DNA of 63,671 bases, counting the filler, from Olpidium bornovanus S191 (taxonomy: Eukaryota; Fungi; Olpidiomycota), in the NCBI GenBank assembly GCA_017911155.1. It is 28 parts of 28 records of this genome, joined end to end, with 100 filler letters (N's around TTAATTAATTAA, not from the genome) between each part and the next. Parts side by side here need not be neighbours in the genome. Positions count along the whole stretch, not along the records: positions 11,226 to 12,259 come from JAEFCI010000108.1; positions 12,360 to 16,338 come from JAEFCI010005969.1; positions 16,439 to 19,190 come from JAEFCI010000263.1; positions 19,291 to 23,094 come from JAEFCI010000018.1; 24 more parts are not named here. One strand, 5' to 3'. Below the pieces are notes generated by a model, which saw nothing but the letters and a program-made list of their open reading frames with translations, ran no database searches and was not told the origin of the DNA. Positions 11,341 through 23,194 of this stretch are shown piece after piece. Position numbers and translations under genes: made by a program. Every line of letters begins with the position of its first letter. Within the stretch, counting starts at the first letter, position 1.

Positions 11341-12388
11341 ACATGATCCTAGATGCTCCGCTCGGCCTTTCGGTCCGGATCGGCTTGCTGAGTGTCATTT
11401 GGCCGGCGGCCTTGGCTGGCACCCTCGGCACTTCAGCCAGGATCGGCTCGCTGAGCGCCGTTTCGCCGGCGGCCTTGGCTGGCGCCCTCGGCACCCTTTT
11501 GCCGAGCGTGTCACTCGTCCGCATAGCCATTCTCTTTGCTCTAGCCGCAGCCCTTCGCTCCTTTCCGGTATCGAGAGTACAAGCCCCTCTCGGTAGGGAT
11601 GGCAGGGGAGACGGGATGGCGGGGGCCCTTGCTGCGTGGTGGTGCTCTCGCGGTGGGGCGGCTCTTCCCCCAGGGAAGAAGAGGAGGTACACAACACTGG
11701 ACGCGGGACCGCACTTGCCTTCGACGCCCTCTTCGAACGTTCCGTCGACACGCACCGAACTGGCCTCAAGAAAACCGAGCACCGTCGTTTCGTCCCGGCC
11801 CAGAGAGCGCGCCGACAGTCTGTCGTGGCCTGCCGCGGTCGCAAGGCGTCCGGGAAAAACTAGGGACCGATCTCCTCTCCTCGTTTATTATTGCGTCCGT
11901 TGGTGGGTCGGTCGCTATACTACGTGCGATCAACGGTATTTTCGATGCGCAACACGCACACGTGACTAAAAGGGGGGCACCGGTATTTCTCCGACACCGG
12001 CCTTCTTCAGGCCGTCCACGATAGCACGGAGGCGTTCATCATGGTGCCCTCGAGGCAGCACATGAGGCGGTGCTGGCCGGCCAGCTCTCTCAGACTGCTC
12101 GTAGGTTCCAGCTTCCTCAGGGATGCGCGCCCAGGGGGCTGACCTTACAGCTTCTCTTGCTGCCTCCCGCGCGCTCCACGTCTCCAGCCTGCGGCTCCTC
12201 CGATGGACTTTCGCGACCTCCTCACGGGCTTTTTGCGAAAGAGCGGAGACAAACGTGTCNNNNNNNNNNNNNNNNNNNNNNNNNNNNNNNNNNNNNNNNN
12301 NNNTTAATTAATTAANNNNNNNNNNNNNNNNNNNNNNNNNNNNNNNNNNNNNNNNNNNNACATGACACTTCCGCGATGTATAACATAC

Positions 12389-13816
12389 TCTGCACTAACG
12401 ACTTCCTCGCATCTTCTTCTCGCTCGAATTCTCTGACGCGGAAGAAATACCGCAGCCAAAAAGTGTCGTACGAAATCTCGTTCGGGACTATGTTCGGACG
12501 TCACAAGTAAAAGCAGATCAGCGAATGGGCTGCAAAAGACATCTCGGTTATCGCTCAAGTAAAATTTTTCCAGGATGGAATACCTAATCTTCCAAGCAGC
12601 TTGTTCAGTTCCGTGCTTTCGCCCGATATCCGTGAGATGGGAGCCGCGTGGTCCGACAGTCGGAAGCTTTTTGCGAAGTTGTCAAATCTCGCTCGCTGGT
12701 CTGTGTCCGACGAAATTGACAAATCAGTCGTAAATGTTGCCGTGTCTGACCGCAGCGCCTCCAGCTGCGCTTGACGTCGATCGTAGCTGTTTGACGTCGG
12801 ATGAGCGCTTCAAAGCAAAAGTAGGTTATGTCAGCGCACTCTTAAAGCAGAGCAACCTACATTATGTCTGTCTTGCGCTTCCACGGGGAAACCGGGATGT
12901 CTTCAGGAGGTACAACGGCGACCGCGGAACTCAGAAGGCCGCTGAACTGGGTGCCTATTCTCGAAACAATCTCGTTTCCCCCGCTTGTTGCCAACTCCAA
13001 CAGCTGCTTTGGGTCTTTGCCCGTTGCCGCATGGACGAAGTCACCTGCTTTCGCCAGCGCGGTGTCCTCGAGAGCTTCCGCGGCGGCATCGAGCGTGTCG
13101 ACCGCAGCGGACGTCTTCGCGGCCAGCAGCGAAAACAAGCTCTCGATGCCTAATTTATTGTCCGCCGCAGACGTTTCCACGTGCGAGTCCCGGTCCGCGA
13201 GGTTTCCGCGTGGCGACGTAGACTCGCTCCTCAAGCCCGTTCGGTGTCCCAGTCGCCCTCGCTCTCCATCGTCCACACCCGTTCGGCATGTTGCGGGTGC
13301 TGGTTCAGGCGCGTCAGGTTTGGCTCGCACTTCGCGAACCGCCGGTTCCGCGAGCATCCCGACGGTCCTGGCCGCGGCTTTCACCCCCGCCGACGTCTCC
13401 TTCTGCACCACCTGGACAAACTCGGCCAGATCCCGCTTGTAGACGTTCGCGATGGTTTGCGACTGCTCCCTGACGGTGGACAGCAGCCTTGGGAGGTGCC
13501 CCACGGCGAAACCGGACCACAGTCCTGAGGACGGCGAAGAGGACGACGGGGGCGTCATGGCTTCGACGACGTTGACAGACCCGGCCGCCAGGCTCGCGCT
13601 TGGAGGCGCGGCCGGTCGTGGCGGTGACGCGGGCCTGAACGCAGACGTTGGCTCGGGAAGCGGCTCATTCTCATGGACATGCGGAAGCGGAAGCGCGGAC
13701 GGCGACGACGGGGAGGAGCGCCTCTGCTGCCGGAGCTGTTTTTGTGATCGGCCCGTCAGCCCCGGCGTAGACGGGGCCACTGCGGCATCCAGCTGATCGC
13801 CGTCGTCCTGGGCCAT
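12389..13816 (-). CDS. BSD-domain protein (DOS2/BSDC1-like), 3' truncated
   Basis: Long first exon with VYKRDLAEFVQVV; later exons YDRRQAQLEALRSDTATF and VPNEISYDTFWLRYFFRVREFEREEDARK (BSD signature FW.RYF). Confidence 0.85.
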
Positions 13817-14111
13817 TTCAAAGGAAGTTCTTCAATTTCCGGAGGAACCGGTCCCGCAGAAGACGGGAGGCCCTTGTAAGCCTCTCCTGCCGTACGCTCG
13901 AAAGGACGGCAGCAGGACGACCGACGAACACGCAGGCGGCCGCCGCAGCTTTACAGGCGCCTTCCCCGCCTTGTGTGAAGAGCGTCCGCAGTCGCACAGT
14001 CTTAGCTTTTCAGGCGTAAAAAAAAAAAAAAAGAAAAAAAATAACTACGAATTGGGTGTATTCGAATTCGAAACGCGTGCGTCGGCGCCCGGAAAGAAAA
14101 GGATAGATATA

Positions 14112-14263
14112 CAGTCTTCCCTCCGATAAGTTATCTCCTGATAAGTTATACCCTTCAGAAAGTTATTGGATTTTGCATCCACCAAGTTCGTTCTATGGCC
14201 GTTAAGTTATAATTTATAAGTTAAAATCGGAGCGGGCACTATAACTCTATAGAGGGAGTACTT
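14112..14263. mobile_element. Candidate ~150-bp MITE (Tc1/mariner-pogo/Stowaway-like), degenerate
   Basis: Left end TA|CAGTCTTCCCTCCGATAAGTTAT; the reverse complement of the right end is AAGTACTCCCTCTATAGAGTTAT. AT-rich interior with repeated AAGTTA(T). Confidence 0.4.
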
Positions 14264-14531
14264 CTTTGGATTTTGACGACAGGAAGCTACTTAAACCACG
14301 AGTCAAGGGTAGATTGGGTGGTGGGGGCATTGCAAAGACTATCTAAAACCCTGCAGAGACACCTACGTATGCAGTGTGCTGACTTCCGTCGGATACATCA
14401 AGCAGGGAGCAAGCAGTCACGAGTTTAAACGGGGGGGCGGGGGTAATCGTCTCATAGCTACCCAAATAAGAAATCTCCCCACGAACGAAGAAATAAACAC
14501 ACAACTCGAAAAACAGTCCTTGACCGTGACT

Positions 14532-14543
14532 GGTTATGAGCCC
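14532..14543 (+). promoter_or_regulatory. Copia-type primer-binding site complementary to the initiator tRNA-Met anticodon arm
   Basis: GGTTATGAGCCC is the exact complement of GGGCUCAUAACC. Confidence 0.5.
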
Positions 14544-14589
14544 AAACGGACCGCCCTGTCCCCTTTAAGACGCACCGTGAACCGCAGAA

Positions 14590-14790
14590 GAGCGCGGTTG
14601 CGTACCAAGCTTGATAGACAAGGTACTTCTGCACTGTCGACGGGAGGTCCTTCGTGAATAAATCTGCGAAGTTATTAAAGGACTGAACTTTGTTCACGTC
14701 AAGTTCTATTTCTGTCTTCCCGTTGAGGGCAACTTCGGAGCGATGATGACTGCCATTACACGGAAACGACGTTTCACTCGGGTCCCCCTC
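14590..14790 (-). mobile_element. Copia RNase H C-terminal remnant
   Basis: HHRSEVALNGKTEIELDVNKVQSFNNFADLFTKDLP matches the ...ADLFTKPL terminus; a purine-rich AAAGGGGACAGGG lies downstream on the minus strand. Confidence 0.7.
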
Positions 14791-16080
14791 TTCTTCCCCA
14801 CCGCTCGGAGTTTTCGGGCTGTCTGCCCTCTTCGTGTTTCTGCGGGTTAGATATTTTCGTGGCCTGTCCATTCTCTCTCTCTTCCACCCTGCCCTCACCC
14901 CCATCCCCCTGAGTTTTTTGCTGATGCAATCACGCTCGACAAGCAGGGCGACATCTCGTTACAGAGTCAAGCCCTGCGGTCGGCCTCCGCGTCCAGCCCA
15001 AGAATCCACACAAGCAAACAGAAGCTTTGCTTATTTCCCTTCCATCGGCTTCGCCTCCCGGTCGTTATCTGCCCCACGTACTTCCCCCTTGCTGCATAAC
15101 AGTTCCCAATGTGGCGGTTACTTGAACCTACTAGAAGTTTTGAGGCCACATGTCGGTGGACGCCGCCACGTGGATCCTTGGCGGTTTTTTGCCACGCAGA
15201 TTGGCTTCTCGATTTGCCCAGCTGTTGAGCATGCGCCGGCCGGGTTGCGGCACTGACAAGGGCCACCCACCTCCGAGTAACAGCCGCTGGCGTGACGCGG
15301 TCGGTCACGCGCCGAACATCTTTTGGCTTACGCGCCGGCACCCACAGGGTAAACTCGAGAAGAAACACAATCCGCCTGCACGGTCGGGATGATGCCCAAG
15401 ATCGGCGGCTGGTTCCTCGCTGCTGCGTCGGTCCGTCGGCCGCGCAGACTGCCGCGATGCTCCTAGCGACGGACTTTTTTTTTGTCGCCGAGATTCCCTG
15501 CAGATTTTGGTTTTTCTGTTTGTGCGTCGTCCCCGCGCCCCCGCCGGAAACCCCGGCCTTCCTCTCCGCCGCCGCCGCCGCCGCAGCCGCAGCGGCACCT
15601 CTGCCGGTCGCCACCGACCGGAACGACGGCGGCGACGCCGGACGCAGCCGAGCCGAGAGGTGGTGCCTCACTTCTCCCCGCCGTCAAAGCGGCGGCGTTC
15701 CTTCCCCGTCCCTCCGTTTCTGTTCTGCAGCGGGCCCCCGGAAAGGCCGGTGCCCGCGTGCCGCTCCCGCCTGATCGAAGCGCCCGGGTCCGTCTTGTGA
15801 TCCCCAGCCTCTTGTCGACGCGTTTCCGTTCGCACAGGAGCAAACGTCACAAGGCAAAAAGCCGTTTCGCAGGCGGCCCCCTTCAGATTCCCGCGCTTCT
15901 GGAGAGGGAAACTCTCGGAAACCCTCTGTCAGAACCCTCGCCAACGACGTCCGGGGACGATACGAGCCGTCGTCTTTCAGAACAACGATTCCCCCCTCAG
16001 AGGTCTGGCCCGGCTTCCTCAGCTCCAATCGACACAAAAGCTGGTGTGTACTGACACCATCAAACTTTTTTTTTACTGCG

Positions 16081-16338
16081 ATGGTTCGTAAATAAACGTG
16101 GACCGGTCTCTCGCTTGGCTCGAATTCACGTTCGGATTACGGGGGGTCGGGAACTTTCCTTACCCGCCCGAGGTGGCCGGCCGCCTTTAACCCCTTCGTC
16201 ACGAACCTTTCCAAAAACATCGGAATCCAGTCTGAAGTGGAGGAGACTTTGAAGCGCTTGGCAGCGCACAAGGGCGTGCAAGGCATCGTGATTGTCAACA
16301 GCGAGGGCATCCCCATCCGCACGACCCTCGACAATTCC
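16081..16338 (+). CDS. DYNLRB: Dynein light chain roadblock/LC7, 3' truncated. Exon 1 is the ATG only (16081-16083); exon 2 starts at 16231
   Basis: M|[36 protein letters not shown] closely matches the roadblock N-terminus; ATG|gttcgt...ccag. Confidence 0.93.
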
Positions 16339-16495
16339 NNNNNNNNNNNNNNNNNNNNNNNNNNNNNNNNNNNNNNNNNNNNTTAATTAATTAANNNNNN
16401 NNNNNNNNNNNNNNNNNNNNNNNNNNNNNNNNNNNNNNAAAAAAAAAAAAAAAAAGCGCGTCCGCCCTTCCCGGCCAGCTTCTGGTTTCGACCAG

Positions 16496-17234
16496 AAACC
16501 CGCCGGCGCTCCAGAATCTGGCCTGGCTGCCGGACTCGCAGGTCTCGCTTTTGTCCAGCGTTCTCCTCGACGACCTGGACATGTTTGAGAGGCCGGAAGG
16601 GGACCCCGGCGAGATCCCGGTCGGTAAGCGTGTTTTTTTTTAAATTTTGAATTTCACGTTTTGGAGAAAGATAATTGACGCGCCTTTTTTCCTCCTCTTT
16701 TCCCTCTTGTGTCCTGCGCCCCGTCTTCTTTTTTTTTCGACGGTAGTCGTCAAAATTGTCCATAACGCCACCTTCGAATTCTGCGGGTTGATGTCGTCGA
16801 ACGGCCGATTGAGGATCTGCCGAGGAATCGCCCAACATGTCGGTGACGACGACGAACGCGCGCGCGAGCACTCCCCTCCCCGTCCTCCTCCGGAAGTGGC
16901 ACGGGCGAGGGGTGGTTTTTTTTTACTTAACTAACCCGGGCCGGGACCGCGCAGCTTTCCAGGAGGGCGTCTCTGCCGGACTCGGGCGGCGGCGGCGGCG
17001 GCGGCGGCGTCGGCTGGGGCTCGGAGGAGCACCTGGCACCGGCGCCGCAAGTTTTGCGCCGTTGGGCGTGCCTCCCTTTCGAGGATCCCTCCGGCGCCAC
17101 CCAAGGCGGGAAGACGAGCGCGGCCGTCACGTCCGTCCCGGGCTGCACGTGCGTCGCCTTCAACGACGACTTCGGCCTCGTCGCGGCGGGCGTCGGCAGG
17201 TAATAACAGGGGAGAGAGAGGTGTGGGGGGGCGT

Positions 17235-17301
<67 letters not shown>

Positions 17302-18972
17302 AGAGAGAGAGAGAGAAAGAGAGAGGGAATTCCCCCGTTCGTCCCGCCGGGCGCCTTTTTTATCTTTTGCTGACGGTTTTTTTTTTCCTGTTGTTTTTGT
17401 TCCCTGCTCGTTTTTTGGCCGACCGACCCGACCGACCAAAAACCAACAAAAAAAACCGGTCCCGGAACGCCGTGCTGCAAATGGGGGGGTCGGGGGGGAT
17501 GTGGTGGGGCTGTGGGTGGGGGGGAAGTGACGTGCACGTCTACCGGCTTCCGCTGCACGACGACGACGGCGATCGCGGCGGCGGCGCCGAAAGCGGAGGC
17601 GAAACGGAAACGGCGGCGGACGGTGTTGCCGCCGGGGGGCTCTTGCGACTTCTCTTCAAGCTGTCCTTGAAGAACCCCCTCGCCGGAGGGTCCGATATCC
17701 TTGCTGATCATGCATCATTTTTTTTCCTTCATTCTCGGTACTTTTTTTAGTTTTTTCTTTTGACAAAAAAAAATATTTCTTTTTTAACGGGCTCAAAAAT
17801 CTCTTCTCGACGACAAAAAAAAAATAATTAAAAAATCACATACGCCCGTCGCCCGGCTCTACGGCGGCCGCCGCGTGGAGCTCCGACGGCCTCGCGCTGG
17901 CCGTCGGCTACGCGCACGGCGGCTTCGCGATCTGGAGCGTTTACGGGAGGCTCCTGACCACCACTTGGCCCGAGGCGGAGGACGTGTGAGTGGCTTCCCC
18001 CCCCCATCTTTTCCCAGTTTTGTTTTTGTGCGAAATCGGACGGGGGGAGGGGGGGGGGAACCCCGGGGAACGTCGGGGGGTTGGCAGGGGGTCACTACTT
18101 GGCTTTTTTTTTCTTCTTTAACGCCCTCTCTTAGCGTCCTCACCCCCTTGCTCCCCACTCCCTTTTCCCTTTTCGCAAACGAAAAATCTCCCCAGACCGG
18201 AAACCTTCCGAGACAAATACGCCGTCAGCGTCCGGAGCCTGGTACGGGGGGATGGGGGAGGAGGAGGAAGAGAAGCCGTTTTTGGAAGTTTTTATTTATT
18301 TTTTTTGGTTTGGTTTTTTTTTTTTTGCGGGTCGGACACGCGCGCGCCGGACCCATGTTTACACGTTTGCCCCGCGCGCAGTTCTGGGCGGCGGCGGACC
18401 ACCAGCTCTTCATGCTGCACGGCCCGCTTTCCGAAGCGGAAGGTGAGAAAAAAAAAAGAGAGGACGAGTTGGAAAAAAAAAAACGAAAAAACGCGCGGGC
18501 AGGGGCGGGCCCCCGTGCGCCGCGGGGGGAGTGAGCGAGAAGGGGGGAGCGTGGGTTTGATATGCATTTGTTCGATTTTTCTTTTTTTCTTTAATTGCCC
18601 TGCAGACCCGTACGTGACCGACCAGATGTTCGCGCTTCCGCTCGCGAAGGCGTCGGTCGCCAGCTTGAACACCATGGTATTTTTTTTTTTTTTGCACGGC
18701 GAATTCGACGGGGCGGACGGGGAAAAAAAAAAAGAAGAAGAAAAAAAAAATGGAAAACCTCTGTTGCGAGCCCCCGGTTTGAACCCGCGGCCTCCTCGGT
18801 TCCGGCCGCCATTTTTTTTTTCTTTGTTCCCCGTTCTTGCTGCGGCCGGGGCAACCAGGACAACATCAGCCACAGTTTCCTTGAACTGGACGACCGGCTG
18901 ATGCTGTACCGCGGAGAGGAGTACAACCTGACCAACGTCCACGCGGAGACCCACTTGTGGAGTGACGTTCAA
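16496..18972 (+). CDS. RIC1: RIC1 (Rab6/Ypt6 GEF subunit), internal multi-exon fragment
   Basis: Exons PPALQNLAWLPD, CVAFNDDFGLVAAG, AWSSDGLALAVGYAHGGFAIWSVYGRLL and LELDDRLMLYRG...HLWSDVQ follow the order seen in RIC1. Confidence 0.8.
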
Positions 18973-19291
18973 GTGAGATCGGCTACCGGGAGGGATTTTG
19001 GAAGAGAGGGTTGACGATGTGCTCGTGGCGGGGGGGGGGGGGGGGGGGGGGAGGGGTTTTGGGGTTTTTTTTTTTTTTTTTTTTACGGGGGGGGGGGGGA
19101 GGGGGGGGGGGGGGGGGGGGGGGGGGCGTTTCTTGTCGCTAAGTCGCGACGTCGGGTCGCGGATCGTTGGGTGCTCCGGGTCGCTTGCCANNNNNNNNNN
19201 NNNNNNNNNNNNNNNNNNNNNNNNNNNNNNNNNNTTAATTAATTAANNNNNNNNNNNNNNNNNNNNNNNNNNNNNNNNNNNNNNNNNNNNC

Positions 19292-19990
19292 ATGGCGGAC
19301 TTCGATAACGCCGCAGCCCACGGCCTGCCTCCGCGAAATGCCGTTCACTGTGGCACAGCTCGTGGCCAAGCCGGGCTAAATCAGGAAGCCGGAGTATTCA
19401 GCGGCGAAGACGCGAGCACGACAGCAGCGAAGGTGGCGCGCCTCCGGAAACTCCAAAGATTTTTCGGGGAGGACTTTGACCCGGTCGCGCAGATGGAGGC
19501 GAACGTCTTCGGCGACCTCGAGAAGGTTATTGACGACGAGATCTGCACGGGAAAGGATCTCCGGGACCTTAAGCGACAGGTCGCCCATCTCCGCCGAGAG
19601 CTCCGGAAGAAGACCGCGATGCTCTCGTTCAAGAGCTTCTTTGGCGAGGACGAGCTCGCCGTGTCAAATTGCCCGGAGTCGGCCTTGAGGGTCCGAAACC
19701 GCTTCGACCCGGTCGCGCAGATGGAGGCTGACGTTCTCGACGATCTGGAGAAGGCGATCGACGACGAGATCCGCACGGGCAAAGATCTCCAGGACCTCAA
19801 AAGCCAGGTTGCTTATCTCCGCCGGGAGTTTCGGAGGACGGCTGCGATGTCCCCGTGCAAAAGCTTCGTCAATGAGGCAGGAGGTCCGGACCCCGTTTCA
19901 GTTCATCAACAACTGTCGGGTCTCCCGCAGTTTGCGAAGCGGGACGTTACCGCCGGCCACCGTTTGGACGACGGCTCGAGTTCATCATAA
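19292..19990 (+). CDS. Uncharacterised protein with a tandem 76-aa repeat; probably 5' truncated
   Basis: Open frame with host-like codon bias; the unit FDPVAQMEA..DLEK.IDDEI.TGKDL.DLK.QVA.LRRE is repeated at a 228-nt spacing (19474 and 19702). Confidence 0.7.
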   Translation: MADFDNAAAHGLPPRNAVHCGTARGQAGLNQEAGVFSGEDASTTAAKVARLRKLQRFFGEDFDPVAQMEANVFGDLEKVIDDEICTGKDLRDLKRQVAHLRRELRKKTAMLSFKSFFGEDELAVSNCPESALRVRNRFDPVAQMEADVLDDLEKAIDDEIRTGKDLQDLKSQVAYLRREFRRTAAMSPCKSFVNEAGGPDPVSVHQQLSGLPQFAKRDVTAGHRLDDGSSSS

Positions 19991-20447
19991 CCGCTGCTTG
20001 CGCAGAGGGCGCCGAGCGGCCAAGAAAAGAAACCACTTAGACCGAATTTCGGCTGCGTATTTTTTTTTTTTTTTCGTCAAACCTTCACCACGATACAGAA
20101 ATCCGTCTGCAAAAATCCGAACCAAACAAACAGCATTCCCCTCCGCCATGATATTGCGATTGGCGGCCCATCATGATCTAAACTCTTCATCTACGTGTTG
20201 ACAAACATCACGCGGAAAGGAAACCTGCGATTTCGTTACCGCGATCGTTAACGCTACCTCAGTTACCGAGACGTTTTGCCAAACGCGAAGCCTTTCGATG
20301 ATAAAACACCGAGGGAAGTGCTGCAAGGAGAAATTCCAAGCATCTTTGAGCCACTCGAACCTTCAAATGTTAGCCTTTCATTTTCCTGCAAAATCCAACC
20401 ACGTTCTGCAAAAGCCGGCCACGCTATCCTTGTCCTGTCAACTGCAC

Positions 20448-20468
20448 TGTGTGTGTGTGTGTGTGTGT
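20448..20468. repeat. (TG)n microsatellite
   Basis: Seen directly. Confidence 0.9.
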
Positions 20469-20727
20469 GGACGTTTTGCCTACGAGTGGGCGCCAGGCGA
20501 ATGAAAGCGACGATAGATTCGGATGGCTAGAGGCGAGCGGAGGGGCGGGCGGGCGGGCCATCACGTGACCCCCTGCGCTCAGGAATCCCTCCCCCACAAT
20601 AACAACCCCCCCCCCCACCTTAAGTTCGGTCGCACCTTCCCGTTCGTTGACGGCCGAAGAGCCAGAAACTGGTGCGCATTCCGGAAACAAAATAATTCCA
20701 AAGCGAAGTACGAAAACGAACGGACGA

Positions 20728-22550
20728 ATGGAGCGGCGCCGCCTCGACCTCCTTGCGAGAACTCTGTTGCCGGCGGCGGTGAGAGAAGCTGCGTCGAGCT
20801 TGACGGCGTCTGCCACCGATTGCCGCGCGGGCCCGTTGGCCGCCTTCACACGTCTGTGCCACCACCGTCACGCCCGTCGCCAGCGCGGTGGAACGCTGGG
20901 CGGGCCCGCGAGCTCGTCGCCACTGCGGCCCGGTTTGGAAGCCGGGCGTGCCGCGTCTCTCGACTTGGCGGCGGCTTGTAAGCGCTTTGGCAGCTCGCGG
21001 TCGGCGGCCGAACCGGACGCGTCGACCACGGATTCTTCTTCTGCCCAACCGCGTATGACGGCCTCAGAGATGCTGAAAAAGTTACGTGACGACGCATTGG
21101 GGAAACCCACCTGGCCTGACGGCGAGCCCCACCTTCCATACGTGGAGACTGCGGCCCCTCAGCTGATTCAGAAGAAAAAGACGTTCATGGAGTGGCTCGA
21201 GTCCAACCTCGACGACCCGGAGGACGTGAAATGGGAGCGAGAGTATATGTACGTTTTTTTTCCACCGCGCCCTTTGCACGGCGCCCGCGTTTGTTTGGAA
21301 ACTTTGCGCGAAATCTAGCCGAAGAAACGCCTGGTTACCATCTTGATTGCAATGGGGCCTGCAGGAAAAAAGAACTCCTTAGGGGGTATGTGACTGATAT
21401 TCAGGGTGAGTAAGCGGGTAGTGCCTTTTTGCGTGCGAAACTGAACGCCAGAGCTTGAAGTAGTAACCAAGTTTTTGGCATCTTTTCTGCTGCGCAGATA
21501 TTCGTCAGAATAAAACCAAGTACTACACTGCCATGAACCGGGTGACTAAGGCTGAAGTACGTATTATTCGTTGTTGGCTCGTGGGGCAAAGAATGTCGAA
21601 AACGTATTTCTGCTCACAATTCTTTTTGTGCGAATCGTTAATTATGGGTTAACAGCGATCAAACTACATGCATGACCTCTTCTGCAAAACCCTCGCAAAC
21701 AAACGCGCTCATCTGTTGAACATATTAAAGGGCAAAACCTCCCTGGTTGCGTTTTCATATAACGCGTTTGGGGCTGTAGGTCTGGTTTTGTGTTCGATTT
21801 GAATGCCCGCTCGGCCGCCATCAGGCTCCGGTGATCGGGCCGGCGCCTTGTTTCGCAATTTCATCTGCTCATCAACTGCCGCTCATTAGACACACGTGGA
21901 CACGTATATCAAACCGTTCATTGAAGCGTTCGGCACCGGCGGCGACAGGTTCCAAGTGGTTTATGTGCGTGCGACGACGTTAATGTTGGAGACAACTTGT
22001 GCTTTCGTGCTGTAAAACGAATGCTGGCGAACTGAAAGGTCGAGCTTACTGGGACTTATGTATTTTTTGCGCCGTCAATGCCAGGTATCAACGGAAGTTA
22101 GTTGGCTAAAGTGGATTCTCGCCAGGCCGTTTCGGTATCGGCTACGGAATTGGATTCCCAAGGAGTTGCACGTGCGTTCCCGTAATCTGTATTTCCGTTG
22201 AGAAATAGATGATGTGACGAATTTTCGGTGGTCCGCGATTTTTGCCGGTTTTCGTGTCTTACTCTCGCTCTCTGTCACTGTAGTCCAATTACTTTTTCTG
22301 GACCGGCCATCTGCCGTTGATCCACCGGAAAATATTAAAACAACCGAACCGCTTTCTTGGCTACGTCTATCTCGTCGACCCGGATCTCCGCATCCGGTGG
22401 ACGGCGCACGGGGGTGCGAAGCCGGAGGAGCTGGAAAGCATGGTCAATCTTGCGAAGGAACTCAATATCCGGCAACTCAAAAAGGAGGCGGTCTCTGCTG
22501 CGCTTTCACGGGAACTACCCGGCGCGACAGACTGGAAGGGTCCATTGTGA
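20728..22550 (+). CDS. ATP10: Mitochondrial ATP synthase assembly factor ATP10, multi-exon
   Basis: Arg-rich presequence-like N-terminus; exons LKGKTSLVAFSYNAFG, YIKPFIEAF, WLKWILARPFRYRLRNWIPKELH and NRFLGYVYLVDPDLRIRWTAHGGAKPEELESM. Confidence 0.88.
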
Positions 22551-23194
22551 AAAAGTATCTTCACAGATACAAAAGAGCGTGTATGACTACATGCGGCACA
22601 CGTCGATCGTTATCACGCCGCAGGTCGAGTAAGCGCTCCATTTTGATGCAATAATAAATCGGGGAGGAACCCCGGTTGGCAGCTTGTCCTGGGTTGATTT
22701 TCGCGCATAACGGAGCATCTTTTTTCGGCTCTGGTCAATCCGCAAAGCTCGACTTCCAGAGCGGGAAGATCCTGAATCCAGAGTTCTGCGTGTGTGTTCG
22801 GGTCCCTGTTACGATTGCGCTTGCGGTCCACTTGCCGTCCCGGGTTATTAGTTTTTCATTCCCAACTTCGCTGTCATCCCCGTGCTTTTTTTGAGAATGT
22901 CCCGTACACCCTTCGCCGGATTTCCCCGTGGTTCCTCCCGTGACCGGCCTCGGGTGTCACTCGTGTGAATACAGCATGCATTCTGCCTTTTAAATGGTGG
23001 AATGCAGAGCAATTTCCCGGATTTTCTGGGTCAGAACGAGATTTTCCTTAGCGGTCGCACTTGCCCAGGCCGGGGGCTTTCCCGACTCAGAAACNNNNNN
23101 NNNNNNNNNNNNNNNNNNNNNNNNNNNNNNNNNNNNNNTTAATTAATTAANNNNNNNNNNNNNNNNNNNNNNNNNNNNNNNNNNNNNNNNNNNN

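Noticed and set aside
14520-14560. tRNA-Met gene on the minus strand
   Set aside because: Only the 12-nt anticodon-arm match is present; there is no D arm, T arm or acceptor stem. It fits a PBS better.
16927-17750. Poly-Pro and poly-Gly ORFs (also near 9060-9335, 25388-26049 and 49517-49841)
   Set aside because: They are translations of intronic G/C homopolymers or of the antisense strand of real exons.
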